Shown: positions 20,297 to 31,231 of the stretch, piece by piece | Layout of the letters: each line of letters opens with the position of its first letter | Numbering within the stretch: the stretch's first letter is position 1 | Virus record (IMG/VR): IMGVR_UViG_3300037423_000600 | Coordinates: 41,102 to 105,101 of that record | Origin: a virus | Direction: 5' to 3' (one strand) | Length of the DNA stretch: 64,000 nucleotides | The notes under the pieces: model-generated | The model's database searches: none | What the model was told of the DNA's origin: nothing | Seen by the model: only the letters and a program-made list of their open reading frames with translations | Translations under genes and position numbers: made by a program

Positions 20297-20299
20297 TGG

Positions 20300-20713
20300 A
20301 TGGCTGAATTGGGCTACTCTGGACTTTCCTTCCCGCCGCGTATTGGAGCTAAAGGCGGGTGGGTGATGACTTCGACTGACCCTACGGATATTGCTCACAT
20401 TAAAGAGAGTATCCGGCAAATTATTGGGACACGCATCGGAGAACGGGTAATGGAACCGACCTTCGGCGCGGACATCCCGGATGTGGTGTTTCGCAGTATG
20501 GATATCACCACAGCGAACTTGCTCCGGTTTAAAATTACCGAAGCCTTAACCAAATGGGAGCCTCGGATTCAGGTAAAGAATATCTCCGTGACTTGGGTTA
20601 ATGAAACCGGGCATGAGTTTGAAGGGGCTATGATAGCGGTAATTGACTTTACGGTTCTCCGTACCCGGCTGGATAGTTCGGTGACGGTGACTTTCAGAAG
20701 GGAGGCGGCGTAA
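20300..20713 (+). CDS. gp25/GpW baseplate wedge protein
   Basis: IKESIRQII.TR.GERVM.P.FG, WEPRI. Confidence 0.92.
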   Translation: MAELGYSGLSFPPRIGAKGGWVMTSTDPTDIAHIKESIRQIIGTRIGERVMEPTFGADIPDVVFRSMDITTANLLRFKITEALTKWEPRIQVKNISVTWVNETGHEFEGAMIAVIDFTVLRTRLDSSVTVTFRREAA

Positions 20714-20716
20714 CCC

Positions 20717-22483
20717 ATGGCAAATTTACAACCGATTGACTATACCTCGAAGGACTATGAAGCCTTTAGGACAGACCTTATTAATCAGGCTTCCCGTAAG
20801 CTTCCCAACTGGACGGACTTCTCTCAGTCGGACCCGGGCGTTACGATGATTGAATTATTCTCTATGGTAGGAGATATCCTCTCTTACTACCTCGACCGGA
20901 CGGCGAATGAGGTTTACCTTCCTACGGCAACTCAACGCAGTTCGGTTATGGATATCGCTAAAGGCTTAAGCTATACGCTTCGCCCGGCCCTGCCGTCCCA
21001 AACATCCTTAGTATTTGAGATTCAGCCGCAGGCGCAGAACTTCGTTATCCCGAAGGGATATCCGGCCTCCACGGAGCAGACGGCGTATGAGGATGCGATG
21101 TACTTCGAGACGGACACGGACCTCACCATTCCGGCCGGGGCCACCGGGCTAGAGCAGGATGGGAGTGGGAATTACCTTTACACGGTAACGGCAACTCAAG
21201 GCATTACGATTAAAAATGAAATTCTCGGCTCCTCCACCGGAACACCGAATCAGTCGTTTGCGCTCAAATACACTTCGGCCATTAATGCGCCAAGTTTGGG
21301 CTACGGTACGGTGCAAATCTCGGTTAACGAGGGTGCAGGGTACGAGCTTTGGACGGACATTACGGACGCGCCGGAATCGGTACCGGAAACTGGGAAGGGC
21401 TTTACGACCTTCGAGGATGAGAACGGAACTACGTGGATTCAATTTGGTGACGGTATCTCCACCAAGATTCCCTCTTCCGGCGTAAGCAACGTGAGAGCTA
21501 CTTACCGGGTCGGTGGCGGATTCAATACGAATGTTGGCGCGGGGACGGTAAAGGTTCTGCAATCGCCTTTAGTCGGACTAAAGTCGGTGTCCAATATTGT
21601 TTCGGCTACAGGAGGTCTGGATAAGGAAACTATCGCAGAAGCTAAGGTAATGGCCCCTCAACTCCTCCGGTCCTCGGCCCGCGCTGTAACCAAGTCGGAT
21701 TACGAGACATTGGTGAAGAGTGTTCCCGGGGTGGCTAAGGCTTCGGCGGAAGTAGATGCGGCCAACAACAATCAGGTGAATGTTACTATCGCTCCGGTCG
21801 GCGGCGGGCTCCCTACGGAAGAACTCCGGCAGGCGGCGTTTGAGAAGTTGGATGGCGTGAAGCTTATCACGACTCAGCTTGACATCAAGGACCCCTCTTA
21901 CCTTAACGTAAACCTGTCAATTACGATAAAGGTTTTGGACGGCTTTTCTCAATCCGAGGTCCGTACTTATGGCGACGAGGAGATAAATGATATCTTCGCC
22001 TTCGATAACCGGGATTTTGGACAAGGGGAGTATATCTCTCGAATCTATCAACGGCTCAACCCGCTTCAAGGTATTGAGTACGTATCGGTTAATCGTATGA
22101 CTGTTCAGCCTCGGGTGGATTGGATTACGGTATCCGGCAATCCCACATGGAGCCCGGTTACGGTTACCTCAGGGAATGCCCTCGACGGCAAATGGCGGGT
22201 GAAGATGACTTCGGCTACGGCCTTCTCTGTGGATTTCGACTCGGCTGGAGACGGTACGTTTGCTTCACCTAAAGGGGCAGGCACCTTCGGGAGTTTGTTT
22301 ACCTCCAGCGGAGGAGAGCTGTCGTTTACTATCACGGCCGGGAGTATCCCATGTGCGACTAACGACTTCTGGACCTTTAGAACCACGCCGTACTTAGGGA
22401 ACATCATTCCGAACAAGAATGAAATTCTACTGTTGAACGTTTCCGGGTACACGGTAACCATGGAGGGAGGGTACGTTGACTAA
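20717..22483 (+). CDS. Baseplate J-like protein
   Basis: DYT.KDY, WTD...DPG, FGDG, RAVT..DYE motifs. Confidence 0.92.
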   Translation: MANLQPIDYTSKDYEAFRTDLINQASRKLPNWTDFSQSDPGVTMIELFSMVGDILSYYLDRTANEVYLPTATQRSSVMDIAKGLSYTLRPALPSQTSLVFEIQPQAQNFVIPKGYPASTEQTAYEDAMYFETDTDLTIPAGATGLEQDGSGNYLYTVTATQGITIKNEILGSSTGTPNQSFALKYTSAINAPSLGYGTVQISVNEGAGYELWTDITDAPESVPETGKGFTTFEDENGTTWIQFGDGISTKIPSSGVSNVRATYRVGGGFNTNVGAGTVKVLQSPLVGLKSVSNIVSATGGLDKETIAEAKVMAPQLLRSSARAVTKSDYETLVKSVPGVAKASAEVDAANNNQVNVTIAPVGGGLPTEELRQAAFEKLDGVKLITTQLDIKDPSYLNVNLSITIKVLDGFSQSEVRTYGDEEINDIFAFDNRDFGQGEYISRIYQRLNPLQGIEYVSVNRMTVQPRVDWITVSGNPTWSPVTVTSGNALDGKWRVKMTSATAFSVDFDSAGDGTFASPKGAGTFGSLFTSSGGELSFTITAGSIPCATNDFWTFRTTPYLGNIIPNKNEILLLNVSGYTVTMEGGYVD

Positions 22484-23553
22484 TGGCGACGACAATCCTG
22501 AATCTAAAGGGAGAGGCTACGCTTCTCCCCCGTGTTATTAAGCTGTCATGGAAGAATCCGACCGACCCGGCTTTTGTGGAAGTGGCGGTTCATCGTCGGA
22601 TGGATGACTTCCAAGTGGACCCGCTGAACCCTTTTGGGGTGGAGGTTTACCGGGGGACGGCCACGGAAATCTATGACTATCATTTGTCTCTTCCGGCCAA
22701 AACAAAACTAACAGACGTTCCGGATGTCTATGATATAATCAAGTTAGGTAATGGAAACGAATCTCAATTTCTCCAAGGCGAATCTCTTTATTATTACACG
22801 GTGTTTGCCGTCGATAGTGAGGGGAATTATTCGGCCAACCAAGCCACGATGACGGTTGTAAAGCCCATCAAGGAATACTTTATGGGCCAATTTATGTACG
22901 ATAGCCTGCCGGAAATTTACCGGATTGAGGATACCCTCGGAGATACGAAACGGTTTATGGAACTCCTCGGCTATATGGCGGATTATATCTTCTCGCAGAC
23001 ACACATGATAACCGACCTCATTGACGTTGACCGTTGCTCCGCCGACCAGCTTCCTTATATCGCAGAAGGGATTGGGTGGCAACTGGACAAGACCCTCCCG
23101 GTTACACTCCAAAGACAATCCCTTAAATTCGCGGTACGGAGTTATCGGATGGCCGGGACTAAAGGCGGACTCGACAGGCTGGTGAAATACTACTCCGGCT
23201 TTCCACAGTCCTCTGGCGTAATCGAAACCTTTGCCTTTGACTTCTATACGGTCAGCTTCGGCACCCTACCCGAATCCTCCCCGAGATACACAACAAACAC
23301 GACACCAGACTTTGCCGACGAATCGATTGACTTCGACCATCCTAAGTCGGTTGACGACCCTATTCGGTACACTCCGGACTTTAGCTACTTGGCCGGGACA
23401 GGTACCACAGACTCCAAGTTTTTCGTTTATATTCAGCCGACATATACGCTGACGGAGCAGGAAAAAACCCAAATCGAGGCGCGGGTGCGGCGGATTGTGG
23501 ACCAATTCAAGCCTATTCGGGTGGACTATCAAATAGATTTCTATGATGTGTAA
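22483..23553 (+). CDS. Baseplate wedge (gpI-like) protein
   Basis: LPEIYR..D, LPYIA..IGW, GTK.GL motifs. Confidence 0.8.
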   Translation: MATTILNLKGEATLLPRVIKLSWKNPTDPAFVEVAVHRRMDDFQVDPLNPFGVEVYRGTATEIYDYHLSLPAKTKLTDVPDVYDIIKLGNGNESQFLQGESLYYYTVFAVDSEGNYSANQATMTVVKPIKEYFMGQFMYDSLPEIYRIEDTLGDTKRFMELLGYMADYIFSQTHMITDLIDVDRCSADQLPYIAEGIGWQLDKTLPVTLQRQSLKFAVRSYRMAGTKGGLDRLVKYYSGFPQSSGVIETFAFDFYTVSFGTLPESSPRYTTNTTPDFADESIDFDHPKSVDDPIRYTPDFSYLAGTGTTDSKFFVYIQPTYTLTEQEKTQIEARVRRIVDQFKPIRVDYQIDFYDV

Positions 23554-23569
23554 AGGTGGGTGATGGCAC

Positions 23570-24715
23570 ATGGCAAACACTTCTCGTAATACCTTTGATG
23601 AAACAAAGGCGTATGACAAGGTAATTCTTCAACAAGGTGTTCCGGTTACGGACTACGATTGGAATGAAGCGCAGGATATCCAACGGGTAAAGCTCCAACG
23701 GGTGATTCAAGAACTCTTCGGGGACGGTGCTATCGGGGACGGGTACAAGGTTTATAAATCCGGTTCCGCGCTTTACGCTACAGCCGGGACGGTCTACCTA
23801 AAAGGGTACCGGACAAAACTGAATGCGGACACTCTCATTAACGGAGTGCCAACTACGGATGGAAGCTATAAGGCGTACATTAACCTTTCGGAGCAGGAAA
23901 TCGACTCGGTAATGGACCCGAATATCAAGCATCCGAAGCTTTTGGTCGAACCTACCCGGCGGATTAAGGTACTGGCGGACGTTCTTATCGGAGCCTCGGT
24001 CCCGGCGGACACTTCCACCAACAAATACTACTTGCTGGCGGATATCACGGTGTCCGGCGGCGTAGTCACTACCGTAACGGATAGGCGGTCGGTTAAGGTT
24101 ACCTTCGAGGGTGAGGGATTCACCATCAAGGGCGGGGCGACTTTAGGGGATGCCCTTGATGATATTATCGACATTAAAGGGACTATCAAGAACTCCGGTG
24201 GGAATGTAAAAGTGGACGATAACCTCGATGTCACCGGGGCATTAACGGCGGCAAGTATCACAACAACAAACGGGGTTATTCAGACCGGGAAATATTACGA
24301 GGTTGGGCGTGTCCCCCTATTCGGTATTGCAGGCGACATTCAATACCAATCGGATGTTACTGCATTTGAGGACATAACGGCCAACCTGTATGCACTCTTC
24401 AACTTATCGTTGACTTCCAACCCTATCCCTCCAGTGGCTTCGGGTGCAACCCGTAAGTATAAACTGAAAATTGCCTTCTCGGTAACGGGATTTAACGCGA
24501 TTACGGTAAGGCTGGTTGAGACGAGCAGTACGGCAAATGCGAAAGACTTTAATCTTACGATGACCGACCTTGCTATGGACGGTTCCCGCCAATTTTTACT
24601 GACCGACGATTTCACGCAAGCAAGTACCGGAAGCACATGGAAACTGCAAGCTAAAACGACAGGCGGCAATATGGCTATCATGTACGTCGAACTGCTTGCT
24701 TACGATGTTTATTAA
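23570..24715 (+). CDS. Tail fibre proximal / DUF6519-like protein
   Basis: SRNTFD..K.Y..V..QQG.PV.D.DWNE N-terminus. Confidence 0.75.
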   Translation: MANTSRNTFDETKAYDKVILQQGVPVTDYDWNEAQDIQRVKLQRVIQELFGDGAIGDGYKVYKSGSALYATAGTVYLKGYRTKLNADTLINGVPTTDGSYKAYINLSEQEIDSVMDPNIKHPKLLVEPTRRIKVLADVLIGASVPADTSTNKYYLLADITVSGGVVTTVTDRRSVKVTFEGEGFTIKGGATLGDALDDIIDIKGTIKNSGGNVKVDDNLDVTGALTAASITTTNGVIQTGKYYEVGRVPLFGIAGDIQYQSDVTAFEDITANLYALFNLSLTSNPIPPVASGATRKYKLKIAFSVTGFNAITVRLVETSSTANAKDFNLTMTDLAMDGSRQFLLTDDFTQASTGSTWKLQAKTTGGNMAIMYVELLAYDVY

Positions 24716-24735
24716 TTACTAGGGGGTGACTCTAA

Positions 24736-27108
24736 ATGGCTAGGAAATTCGATATAGACACTCCCGCCCGAATCGGCGGATTACTCGAAGCTTTAGCCGG
24801 GATTACGGTAACAGGTAACGGCTCTATTACCGGGACCTTATCCGTAGGCTCTACCATGACCGTTACCGGGAAACTTACCCTTACGGCAGGCATCGCCGGG
24901 GCCCTTATTCTGGATACGCAGGCTTCGGCCACGGGCCATGCGGTTCGAGCTGACCGGACTATCTCCACTGGAGCAGGCTTAACGGGTGGCGGCGACCTTA
25001 CGGCAAACCGTTCGTTGGCTGTCGATTTTACGGGCAGTACGGGAATCTCCAACTCGGTAGCAAGAGTAGACCATAATCACGATGCGGTCTACTTGGCTAT
25101 CGGGGCAACGGCGGCAGATTCCTCTAAACTCGGTGGGGTGGCGGCGGCTTCCTACGTACAAAATACCCGCCAAGTTATCGCCGGGACTGGCTTAACTGGA
25201 GGCGGAACTTTAGCGGCTGACCGTACTATTTCAGTGGACTTCGGTACCGGAAATACGCAGGCGGCCCGAGGCGACCATAACCATGACTCAGTTTACGCAA
25301 AATTATCCGGGGCCAGTTTTACTGGTGCTATTGTTATGTCCTCCAACTCTAGCGCCATTATTGGTTTGACCTTACAAGGGGCTACCTCTGGATGGGCTTC
25401 GGGTATTCAATTCGATAACACAACTGCTACTACAGGAAAAAAGTATGGTATTTACTCGGATAGTACAGGAAACTGGAACTTCACGCTTGAAACAGGTGGA
25501 GTAGGTTCACTTCTCCAATACAACGGCACGGCGTGGTCTACCACGAAGAATTTTACTTCGTCGGGAACCATTAACGGTTCTACTCTCCAAGAGGGAGGTA
25601 CAAACCTATCCTCCAAATATGTACCGCAGACGGTTTCCGTGACGGCGGGCTCCGGCCTTACGGGTGGCGGGGCACTTTCGGCAAGTCGTACCCTTTCCGT
25701 GGATTTTGGTACAGGCGCTACGCAAGTTGCGGCGGGCAACCATAACCACGACTCGGTGTATGCCAAATTATCCGGGGCTACCTTTAGCCGCTCTAACTTT
25801 GGTATCGCTATTGATGGTGGTACCGGATGGGCTTCTCTTCGTCTAGGAGCTAACGGCGCGGATGTCTTGGTAGGTAAAAACCTAAAGACAACGGACGGTA
25901 CTTGGACTACCGACGATACTACCCAACCGTCTCAAGGCATTATCATGAGTTCGGATGGCTCCATTAACTTTTACTATCGGGCGGCCAACACCGCTAATGG
26001 TGTAGGTACTCAACGCTTTAAACAAATGCCTGACGGAACGACTACCATTACGGGAGCCACGACGATTACGGGAACCCTTAACGCCACGACTGTCCAACAA
26101 AACGGGCAAAACATTGATTCGAGATTCGTGCCGCTTGGGAGGAACGTAAGCGCGGGGTCGGGACTTACTGGCGGCGGAACTTTAGCCGGAGATATTACAA
26201 TATCTCATGCAGATACCTCCTCTCAAGGTAATTTCTCTTTAGCACAAGGACAACGGGTTTCCGCTATGACCTTCGATACCTACGGCCACGTTATTTCCGT
26301 GACTACGGGAGACAACAATGTGCTTGATGCTATTGACAATGGCCGGGCGACTAAACCAGTAGACACAGCTGGAGGCGGCCTGTCTTTTGTATTCAATACA
26401 ATAGCGGGTATGACAGGGGCAACTAGCGGTACTCAGTTTGCGGATGTTCTTGTTCTTAACTCTTACGTGGATGCCTCTGGCGGTCAGGTGAATGCATTGG
26501 CATTTGACAAGAACGCTATGCAGATTTTCCACTATCAAGCGGGGCAGGCGGCAACCTCTTGGGGAACTGCCAAAACATTGTCTTATACGGACCATAACCA
26601 CAACGGGGTTTATGTTCCGGTTGGTCGTTCCATCTCGGCCGGGGCGGGACTCACCGGAGGCGGAGACTTATCGGCAGACCGCTCTTTAGCCGTAAACTTC
26701 ACGGCTTCCGGCGGAAATAACGGTACGGGGACTACGGTAGCGAGAGGGGACCATAACCATGATTCTCGGTACGCGTTAGGAACAGGTAACATCGCTCCAG
26801 CCAACCTGAATACTGCCACAACATCAGGATTCTATCGCCTTAACAATGCTGCGGCTCATACCAACTTCCCAACCGGGGTAGATTGGGGACAACTCATTGT
26901 TGCTCATGGAAACGGCGACACGATTGCACAAATCGCTATGGACTATGGGAGTGGGTATATTTACTACCGGAGTGGTAATCCGACTGATGTTGGCGGAACT
27001 GGTGCATGGAGTGCTTGGAGGAGGCTTTACCATACAGGTAATATTACCTCTGGAACAGCGACCCCTTCCGGCGGAATTGATGGAGATATTTACTTGCAGT
27101 ACGTCTAA
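24736..27108 (+). CDS. Tail fibre / receptor-binding protein
   Basis: Five GxGLTGGG repeats, HNHD/HNHN motifs, C-terminal knob-like SGFY..W.AWRR region. Confidence 0.88.
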   Translation: MARKFDIDTPARIGGLLEALAGITVTGNGSITGTLSVGSTMTVTGKLTLTAGIAGALILDTQASATGHAVRADRTISTGAGLTGGGDLTANRSLAVDFTGSTGISNSVARVDHNHDAVYLAIGATAADSSKLGGVAAASYVQNTRQVIAGTGLTGGGTLAADRTISVDFGTGNTQAARGDHNHDSVYAKLSGASFTGAIVMSSNSSAIIGLTLQGATSGWASGIQFDNTTATTGKKYGIYSDSTGNWNFTLETGGVGSLLQYNGTAWSTTKNFTSSGTINGSTLQEGGTNLSSKYVPQTVSVTAGSGLTGGGALSASRTLSVDFGTGATQVAAGNHNHDSVYAKLSGATFSRSNFGIAIDGGTGWASLRLGANGADVLVGKNLKTTDGTWTTDDTTQPSQGIIMSSDGSINFYYRAANTANGVGTQRFKQMPDGTTTITGATTITGTLNATTVQQNGQNIDSRFVPLGRNVSAGSGLTGGGTLAGDITISHADTSSQGNFSLAQGQRVSAMTFDTYGHVISVTTGDNNVLDAIDNGRATKPVDTAGGGLSFVFNTIAGMTGATSGTQFADVLVLNSYVDASGGQVNALAFDKNAMQIFHYQAGQAATSWGTAKTLSYTDHNHNGVYVPVGRSISAGAGLTGGGDLSADRSLAVNFTASGGNNGTGTTVARGDHNHDSRYALGTGNIAPANLNTATTSGFYRLNNAAAHTNFPTGVDWGQLIVAHGNGDTIAQIAMDYGSGYIYYRSGNPTDVGGTGAWSAWRRLYHTGNITSGTATPSGGIDGDIYLQYV

Positions 27109-27178
27109 TAAAACAAAGCTATGAGGGTGTTGGTCTAAAGGCGGCACCCTCCCGGCTTTAGAAAGGAGTGGATTATAG

Positions 27179-30100
27179 ATGCCAAGTAATACGTTATACC
27201 CAACTAGGAATGCGCGGGTATCTAAACCTGAATTTGGCACGTCTGCCTCTATTATGTATACCGCAAATAGTAGCGGTGGACGACTCCGCATGGGTCAATC
27301 TTACGATGATGAGGGCGGTTCTTGGAGTTTTGGCTATGTGGTACTTGATTTTGATTGGTCATCGATTCCCTCAAATGCTGTAATTGATTCCGTAAATCTA
27401 TATCACGTTAGTGACGGGATATTTCTTTCTGGATTGACATTCTTCGCAAGCCGCTATACGGGTACATGGCCTGCCTTAACCAGTAACGTATCACAGGCTT
27501 GTACTTTCGGTAAGGACGAGACATACAAAACAAATTTTACAACAGGCTCATCACAGTCGTATTTCGGTTCCCCCATTCCGGCCGCATTAGCACAACAAAT
27601 TCGCAGTTCTGGCGGCTGGTTGATGATGTACCGGGATGATAAGGCGAATCAGTGGGAATACGAGATTTACCCTTATGACAATGCAAGCTATAAACCATAC
27701 CTACAAGTGGATTGGCATTATCCAAATACAGCACCTAACGCCCCATCAGTATCCATGAGCAATGGGGCATATTGGCAGACAACTTTACAGCCTACGATTA
27801 ACTGGACCTTTAGCGACCCAGACGGTAACCCGCAGGGAGGGTATTCGGTCGAATTAATCAATGGAGCTTACTCCGCCTCTTTATGGAGTTCAGGGGCAAT
27901 AGCGGATGCTAACGCTAGAAGCTATACGCTTCCCGCCGGAGTTATAACAGGGGATGGGACTTTTTGGCTCAGGATGAGGGTTTACGACTCCAATGGAGCG
28001 TGGAACCAATCAAACGGAAATTCCCCCGACCCTGCCTTTGGAAACGTCTCATTCGGCGTGGACAGGACTGCACCAACGACAAGCAATTATAATGTTGGGG
28101 TAACGCCTGCGAATATCGCCTCTGGAGGGACAAAGAATGTTTCCATAGACATTGGGGATGGACTGTCCGGAGCCTATTTATCAGATGCCTATTATTGTAA
28201 ACCGGATGGCACATGGGTTCAGTGTTTATCCCTTGCGACAAGTTCAGGGGCAACACGGACAATTCCCGTTCCAATAACTACTGAGGGAACTTATCTTGTT
28301 GATTTCTATGTGCGGGATAATGCGGGTAACAATGCGGCGAGTTATCCAGTTCGATTATCTTTCATTGTAGACCGAACAGCCCCGGCCATGAACAGTGTAA
28401 CCGGACAAATCAAGACGAACTCTTCCGCCACCCAACGGTTTACGGTTAACACTTCAGATGCAAACGGCATCCAGCGTGTCGATGCGTATATCCTAAACTT
28501 CGCCGGAACTGCGTGGAGTGGTCCTTTCGCCGCTACGAATGCGGGAAGTGGCAACTGGTACTATGACTTCAACCCGGCGTATGAGGCAGGGAATGGTACC
28601 CATACAGTCCGCTTCTGGTCTTACGACCCGGCGGGGAATGGAAACTTCATCGACTCCTCCTTGGTATACGATACTACGGCACCTTCGGCACCGACCATTA
28701 CGCCAAGCCGGGCGGCCGGGTCTTGGGGAGCGACGGATGTCACCTTCACTTTAGGCGGCAGTACGGATTCCCTGACGGGAGTAAACCGCTACGAGTATAA
28801 CCTAAACGGTGGAGCATGGACGACTTACACGGGGACGGTTACTCTCTCTACGACCGGAGCAACTACCGTAAATGCCCGAGCCGTGGATAATGTCGGTAAT
28901 GTCAGCGGTACAACCTCCGCCACATTTTATATCGACAAGGTGGCCCCTACCGCCCCAACGATTAACCGGAGTAATACAAATTGGAGTAATGTGAATGTTA
29001 CCTTTACCATTACAAATGGTACGGATGCAAACTCCGGCGTAGCCCGAAGCGAATACAACCTAAACGGCGGGGCATGGACGACCTATACCGGGACAGTAAC
29101 GGTTTCGGCGGCGGGGCAGACCACAGTTAACGCGAGAACCGTCGATAATGCAGGTAACGTGAGCAGTACAACAACTACAACTATTTATATTGATAAGGTT
29201 GCACCTACAGCTACAAACCAAACTTTTACGGTTAATACGAACTCGACTTCCGCCCGCCTTTGGATTTATGGTGTTGCGGATGACTATTCGGGTGTAAATC
29301 GCATTGAAGTTTGGCGCACCCCTCCCGGTGGTGCGGAGGCGTATTTAGGCAACATGACTAAAAACGGAGCTACGAATGATTACTACATTGACGTAACCCT
29401 CTCAACTCAAGGTACCTACGCGTATCGGTTGGTTCCATTTGATAACGCGGGCAACTACATTAATGCAGGTACGGCTAATGTAACCTACGACACCACGGCC
29501 CCGACAATCGGAAGTGTAGATGCTTATGGGTATACCTCGGCCACCACAGGGACCCGCCGGGTCTTTGCAAACAATGTAGCGGATAGCGGCTCAGGCATCA
29601 ATACCGTTAATGCCTCTTATATCCGGCCGGGGGATGGAGGGAGGACCACACTCACCGCTGTCCAATCAGGTTCTAACTGGTATGTGGACGTTCCCCTGAG
29701 CGCGGTTCAAGGGGAGTGGAACGTTCAATTCCAAGCGGTAGACCGGGCGGGGAATACCTCAAGTGTGTCGACGGCTTACTTCTTTGTCGATAACGTAGCA
29801 CCTGCTGATGGTAACGAACAATATAGCATTACGGAGAGCTCGGTTACCGTTACTTGGACAGGCTTTAGTGACACCGCACCTTCTTCTGGATATTCAAGGA
29901 CTGAGTTTTACTTCCAAAAGGCGGACGGTACTCCTATTGATATCGATAGTAACGGCTCTACCGAGTCCCTTCTCACTTTTACGGATAACCGTACAAGTTA
30001 TACCGTGAACAACTTGGTTCCCGGCACTCAGTACCGTTGCACAGTGGTTCTTACGGATAAATCCGGGAACTCAAACGCATGGAGTTACGATACGTTCTAT

Positions 30101-30232
30101 ACCAACCATCTGCTTCAACCAAATATCGGCGGCGTATGGAAAACACCTAAAGGCAATTACGTCAATGTCGGCGGTACGTGGCGGCGGGTAGTTGCGGCGT
30201 GGACCAAAGTCAACGGTACTTGGAAAAAATAA
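27179..30232 (+). CDS. Large Ig-like / FN3 repeat virion protein
   Basis: Repeated D.AGN...D..AP modules; C-terminal V.VGG.W repeats. Confidence 0.8.
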   Translation: MPSNTLYPTRNARVSKPEFGTSASIMYTANSSGGRLRMGQSYDDEGGSWSFGYVVLDFDWSSIPSNAVIDSVNLYHVSDGIFLSGLTFFASRYTGTWPALTSNVSQACTFGKDETYKTNFTTGSSQSYFGSPIPAALAQQIRSSGGWLMMYRDDKANQWEYEIYPYDNASYKPYLQVDWHYPNTAPNAPSVSMSNGAYWQTTLQPTINWTFSDPDGNPQGGYSVELINGAYSASLWSSGAIADANARSYTLPAGVITGDGTFWLRMRVYDSNGAWNQSNGNSPDPAFGNVSFGVDRTAPTTSNYNVGVTPANIASGGTKNVSIDIGDGLSGAYLSDAYYCKPDGTWVQCLSLATSSGATRTIPVPITTEGTYLVDFYVRDNAGNNAASYPVRLSFIVDRTAPAMNSVTGQIKTNSSATQRFTVNTSDANGIQRVDAYILNFAGTAWSGPFAATNAGSGNWYYDFNPAYEAGNGTHTVRFWSYDPAGNGNFIDSSLVYDTTAPSAPTITPSRAAGSWGATDVTFTLGGSTDSLTGVNRYEYNLNGGAWTTYTGTVTLSTTGATTVNARAVDNVGNVSGTTSATFYIDKVAPTAPTINRSNTNWSNVNVTFTITNGTDANSGVARSEYNLNGGAWTTYTGTVTVSAAGQTTVNARTVDNAGNVSSTTTTTIYIDKVAPTATNQTFTVNTNSTSARLWIYGVADDYSGVNRIEVWRTPPGGAEAYLGNMTKNGATNDYYIDVTLSTQGTYAYRLVPFDNAGNYINAGTANVTYDTTAPTIGSVDAYGYTSATTGTRRVFANNVADSGSGINTVNASYIRPGDGGRTTLTAVQSGSNWYVDVPLSAVQGEWNVQFQAVDRAGNTSSVSTAYFFVDNVAPADGNEQYSITESSVTVTWTGFSDTAPSSGYSRTEFYFQKADGTPIDIDSNGSTESLLTFTDNRTSYTVNNLVPGTQYRCTVVLTDKSGNSNAWSYDTFYTNHLLQPNIGGVWKTPKGNYVNVGGTWRRVVAAWTKVNGTWKK

Positions 30233-30247
30233 AAGGAGTGATTCTCT

Positions 30248-31204
30248 ATGGAAAGAAAGTACCTTGTTAAAAAGGACCCTCATGACCATCGGGACTTTGT
30301 ATACGCGGCTCCGCGCCTTAAGGCTCTGCCGCCTTATGTTGACCTCCGGGGATTAATGTCCCCGGTTTTCAACCAGTTGAATATTGGGGCGTGTCTCCCC
30401 TCTTCGATTGCTCGGGGCCTTAGGGAACACTACATGATTGCCAACGGCCAGAAGTACGTTCCTCTTGCTACCATGTATCTTTACTACAAAATTCGTGAAT
30501 TGGAAGGTACAATTAACGAGGATGCAGGTGGATACATCCGGGATGGCATGAAGGCGGCGACCACCATTGGCATCTGTCCGGAAGCCCTTTGGCCGTATAT
30601 AACCAGCAAGTTCACACAAAAACCTCCGGCGGAGGCAGACGCAGCGGCGGTAGCGTACAAGCTGGATTCCTACTACCGGGTGTATGGCCTGACGAACATC
30701 AAGACGGTCTTGGCGGAAGGAAAGCCAGTAGTTATGGGCATCGCCATTTACACATCGTTCGAGTCGCAAGCGGTGGCAGATACCGGGGTTGTACCTCTTC
30801 CGGATAAGGCTAAAGAGGAGTTCCTTGGCGGCCACGCTGTTTTAGCTGTCGGCTACGACGATACCAAGAAGCGGCTGATTGTCCGGAACTCGTGGGGCCC
30901 GGAATGGGGAGACAAAGGGTACTTCTACCTCTCCTACGATTTTGTCGAGGACTCCAACCTCGTGTGGGATACATGGGTCGGGGAGTATACGGCTCCTGTG
31001 CCAACGAATCCGTGGGATGGTATCACCGTGTCGGAGGCCATTGATTACCTTACGGGGCTCTCCTTCTCGGACGGACAACCTGTATCCGACTCCCCGGACT
31101 TTTGGAAGAACCTTGTGGCGAAATACCCGGAGGAGGGCGACTCGGACTTCCGTTACTTCGGCCTCTTCCTCCGTAAGCTGGCGGCGAAAATGCAGGGCAA
31201 ATAA
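30248..31204 (+). CDS. Papain-like (C1) cysteine peptidase
   Basis: LPPYVDLR, Q..IGAC, GHAV..VGY, RNSWG..WG..GY. Confidence 0.9.
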   Translation: MERKYLVKKDPHDHRDFVYAAPRLKALPPYVDLRGLMSPVFNQLNIGACLPSSIARGLREHYMIANGQKYVPLATMYLYYKIRELEGTINEDAGGYIRDGMKAATTIGICPEALWPYITSKFTQKPPAEADAAAVAYKLDSYYRVYGLTNIKTVLAEGKPVVMGIAIYTSFESQAVADTGVVPLPDKAKEEFLGGHAVLAVGYDDTKKRLIVRNSWGPEWGDKGYFYLSYDFVEDSNLVWDTWVGEYTAPVPTNPWDGITVSEAIDYLTGLSFSDGQPVSDSPDFWKNLVAKYPEEGDSDFRYFGLFLRKLAAKMQGK

Positions 31205-31231
31205 CATCACGACTACTAGGAGGCGTACATC

